Positions 63,883 through 64,000 of a stretch of 64,000 nt of DNA are shown here, in pieces. The notes beneath the pieces are model-generated. The model had not been told where the DNA came from, ran no database searches, and saw only the letters and a program-made list of their open reading frames with translations. Position 1 is the stretch's first letter; each line of letters begins with the position of its first letter. Source of the DNA: Octopus vulgaris (lineage: Eukaryota); NCBI GenBank assembly GCA_951406725.2, contig OX597817.1:86118001-86182000 (forward strand), written 5' to 3'. A program made the translations under genes and the position numbers.

Positions 63883-64000
63883 TTAAATTTTGTAATAATG
63901 CATGAATTGTATTCTTTCTTCTTAAAGAGATTAATACATTTTAAGCATATGTATTGAAGACTTTAATTATTTGTTTTGAATACCTCTAACCACTATTTTA

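Overview
AT-rich, repeat-dense animal DNA. The SINE families, RTE tails and (TA)n/(AAT)n microsatellites look like octopus or another cephalopod (inference). One host gene crosses the window on the + strand: ATG16/ATG16L1. Seven internal coding exons (1690-36884) join in phase to give the N-terminal helix, coiled coil and linker. The first exon lies upstream of the window and I found no WD40 exon in the remaining 27 kb. A candidate alternative terminal exon at 38085 would give a WD40-less isoform. The introns hold nested transposons: a decayed Sola3-type DNA transposon with TTAA target sites (25130-31305) interrupted by a young CR1-group LINE with an uninterrupted endonuclease-RT frame, a DD37D maT element, an internally inverted mariner, a composite Helitron inside a long-TIR element, and RTE, Penelope, piggyBac-type MITE and tRNA-SINE copies. 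The most striking unannotated signal is at least three separate families of minimal hammerhead-ribozyme repeats. One family joins a tRNA-derived Pol III head, (AAT)n and a hammerhead, and forms a ~500-bp head-to-head hairpin just upstream of an ATG16 exon.
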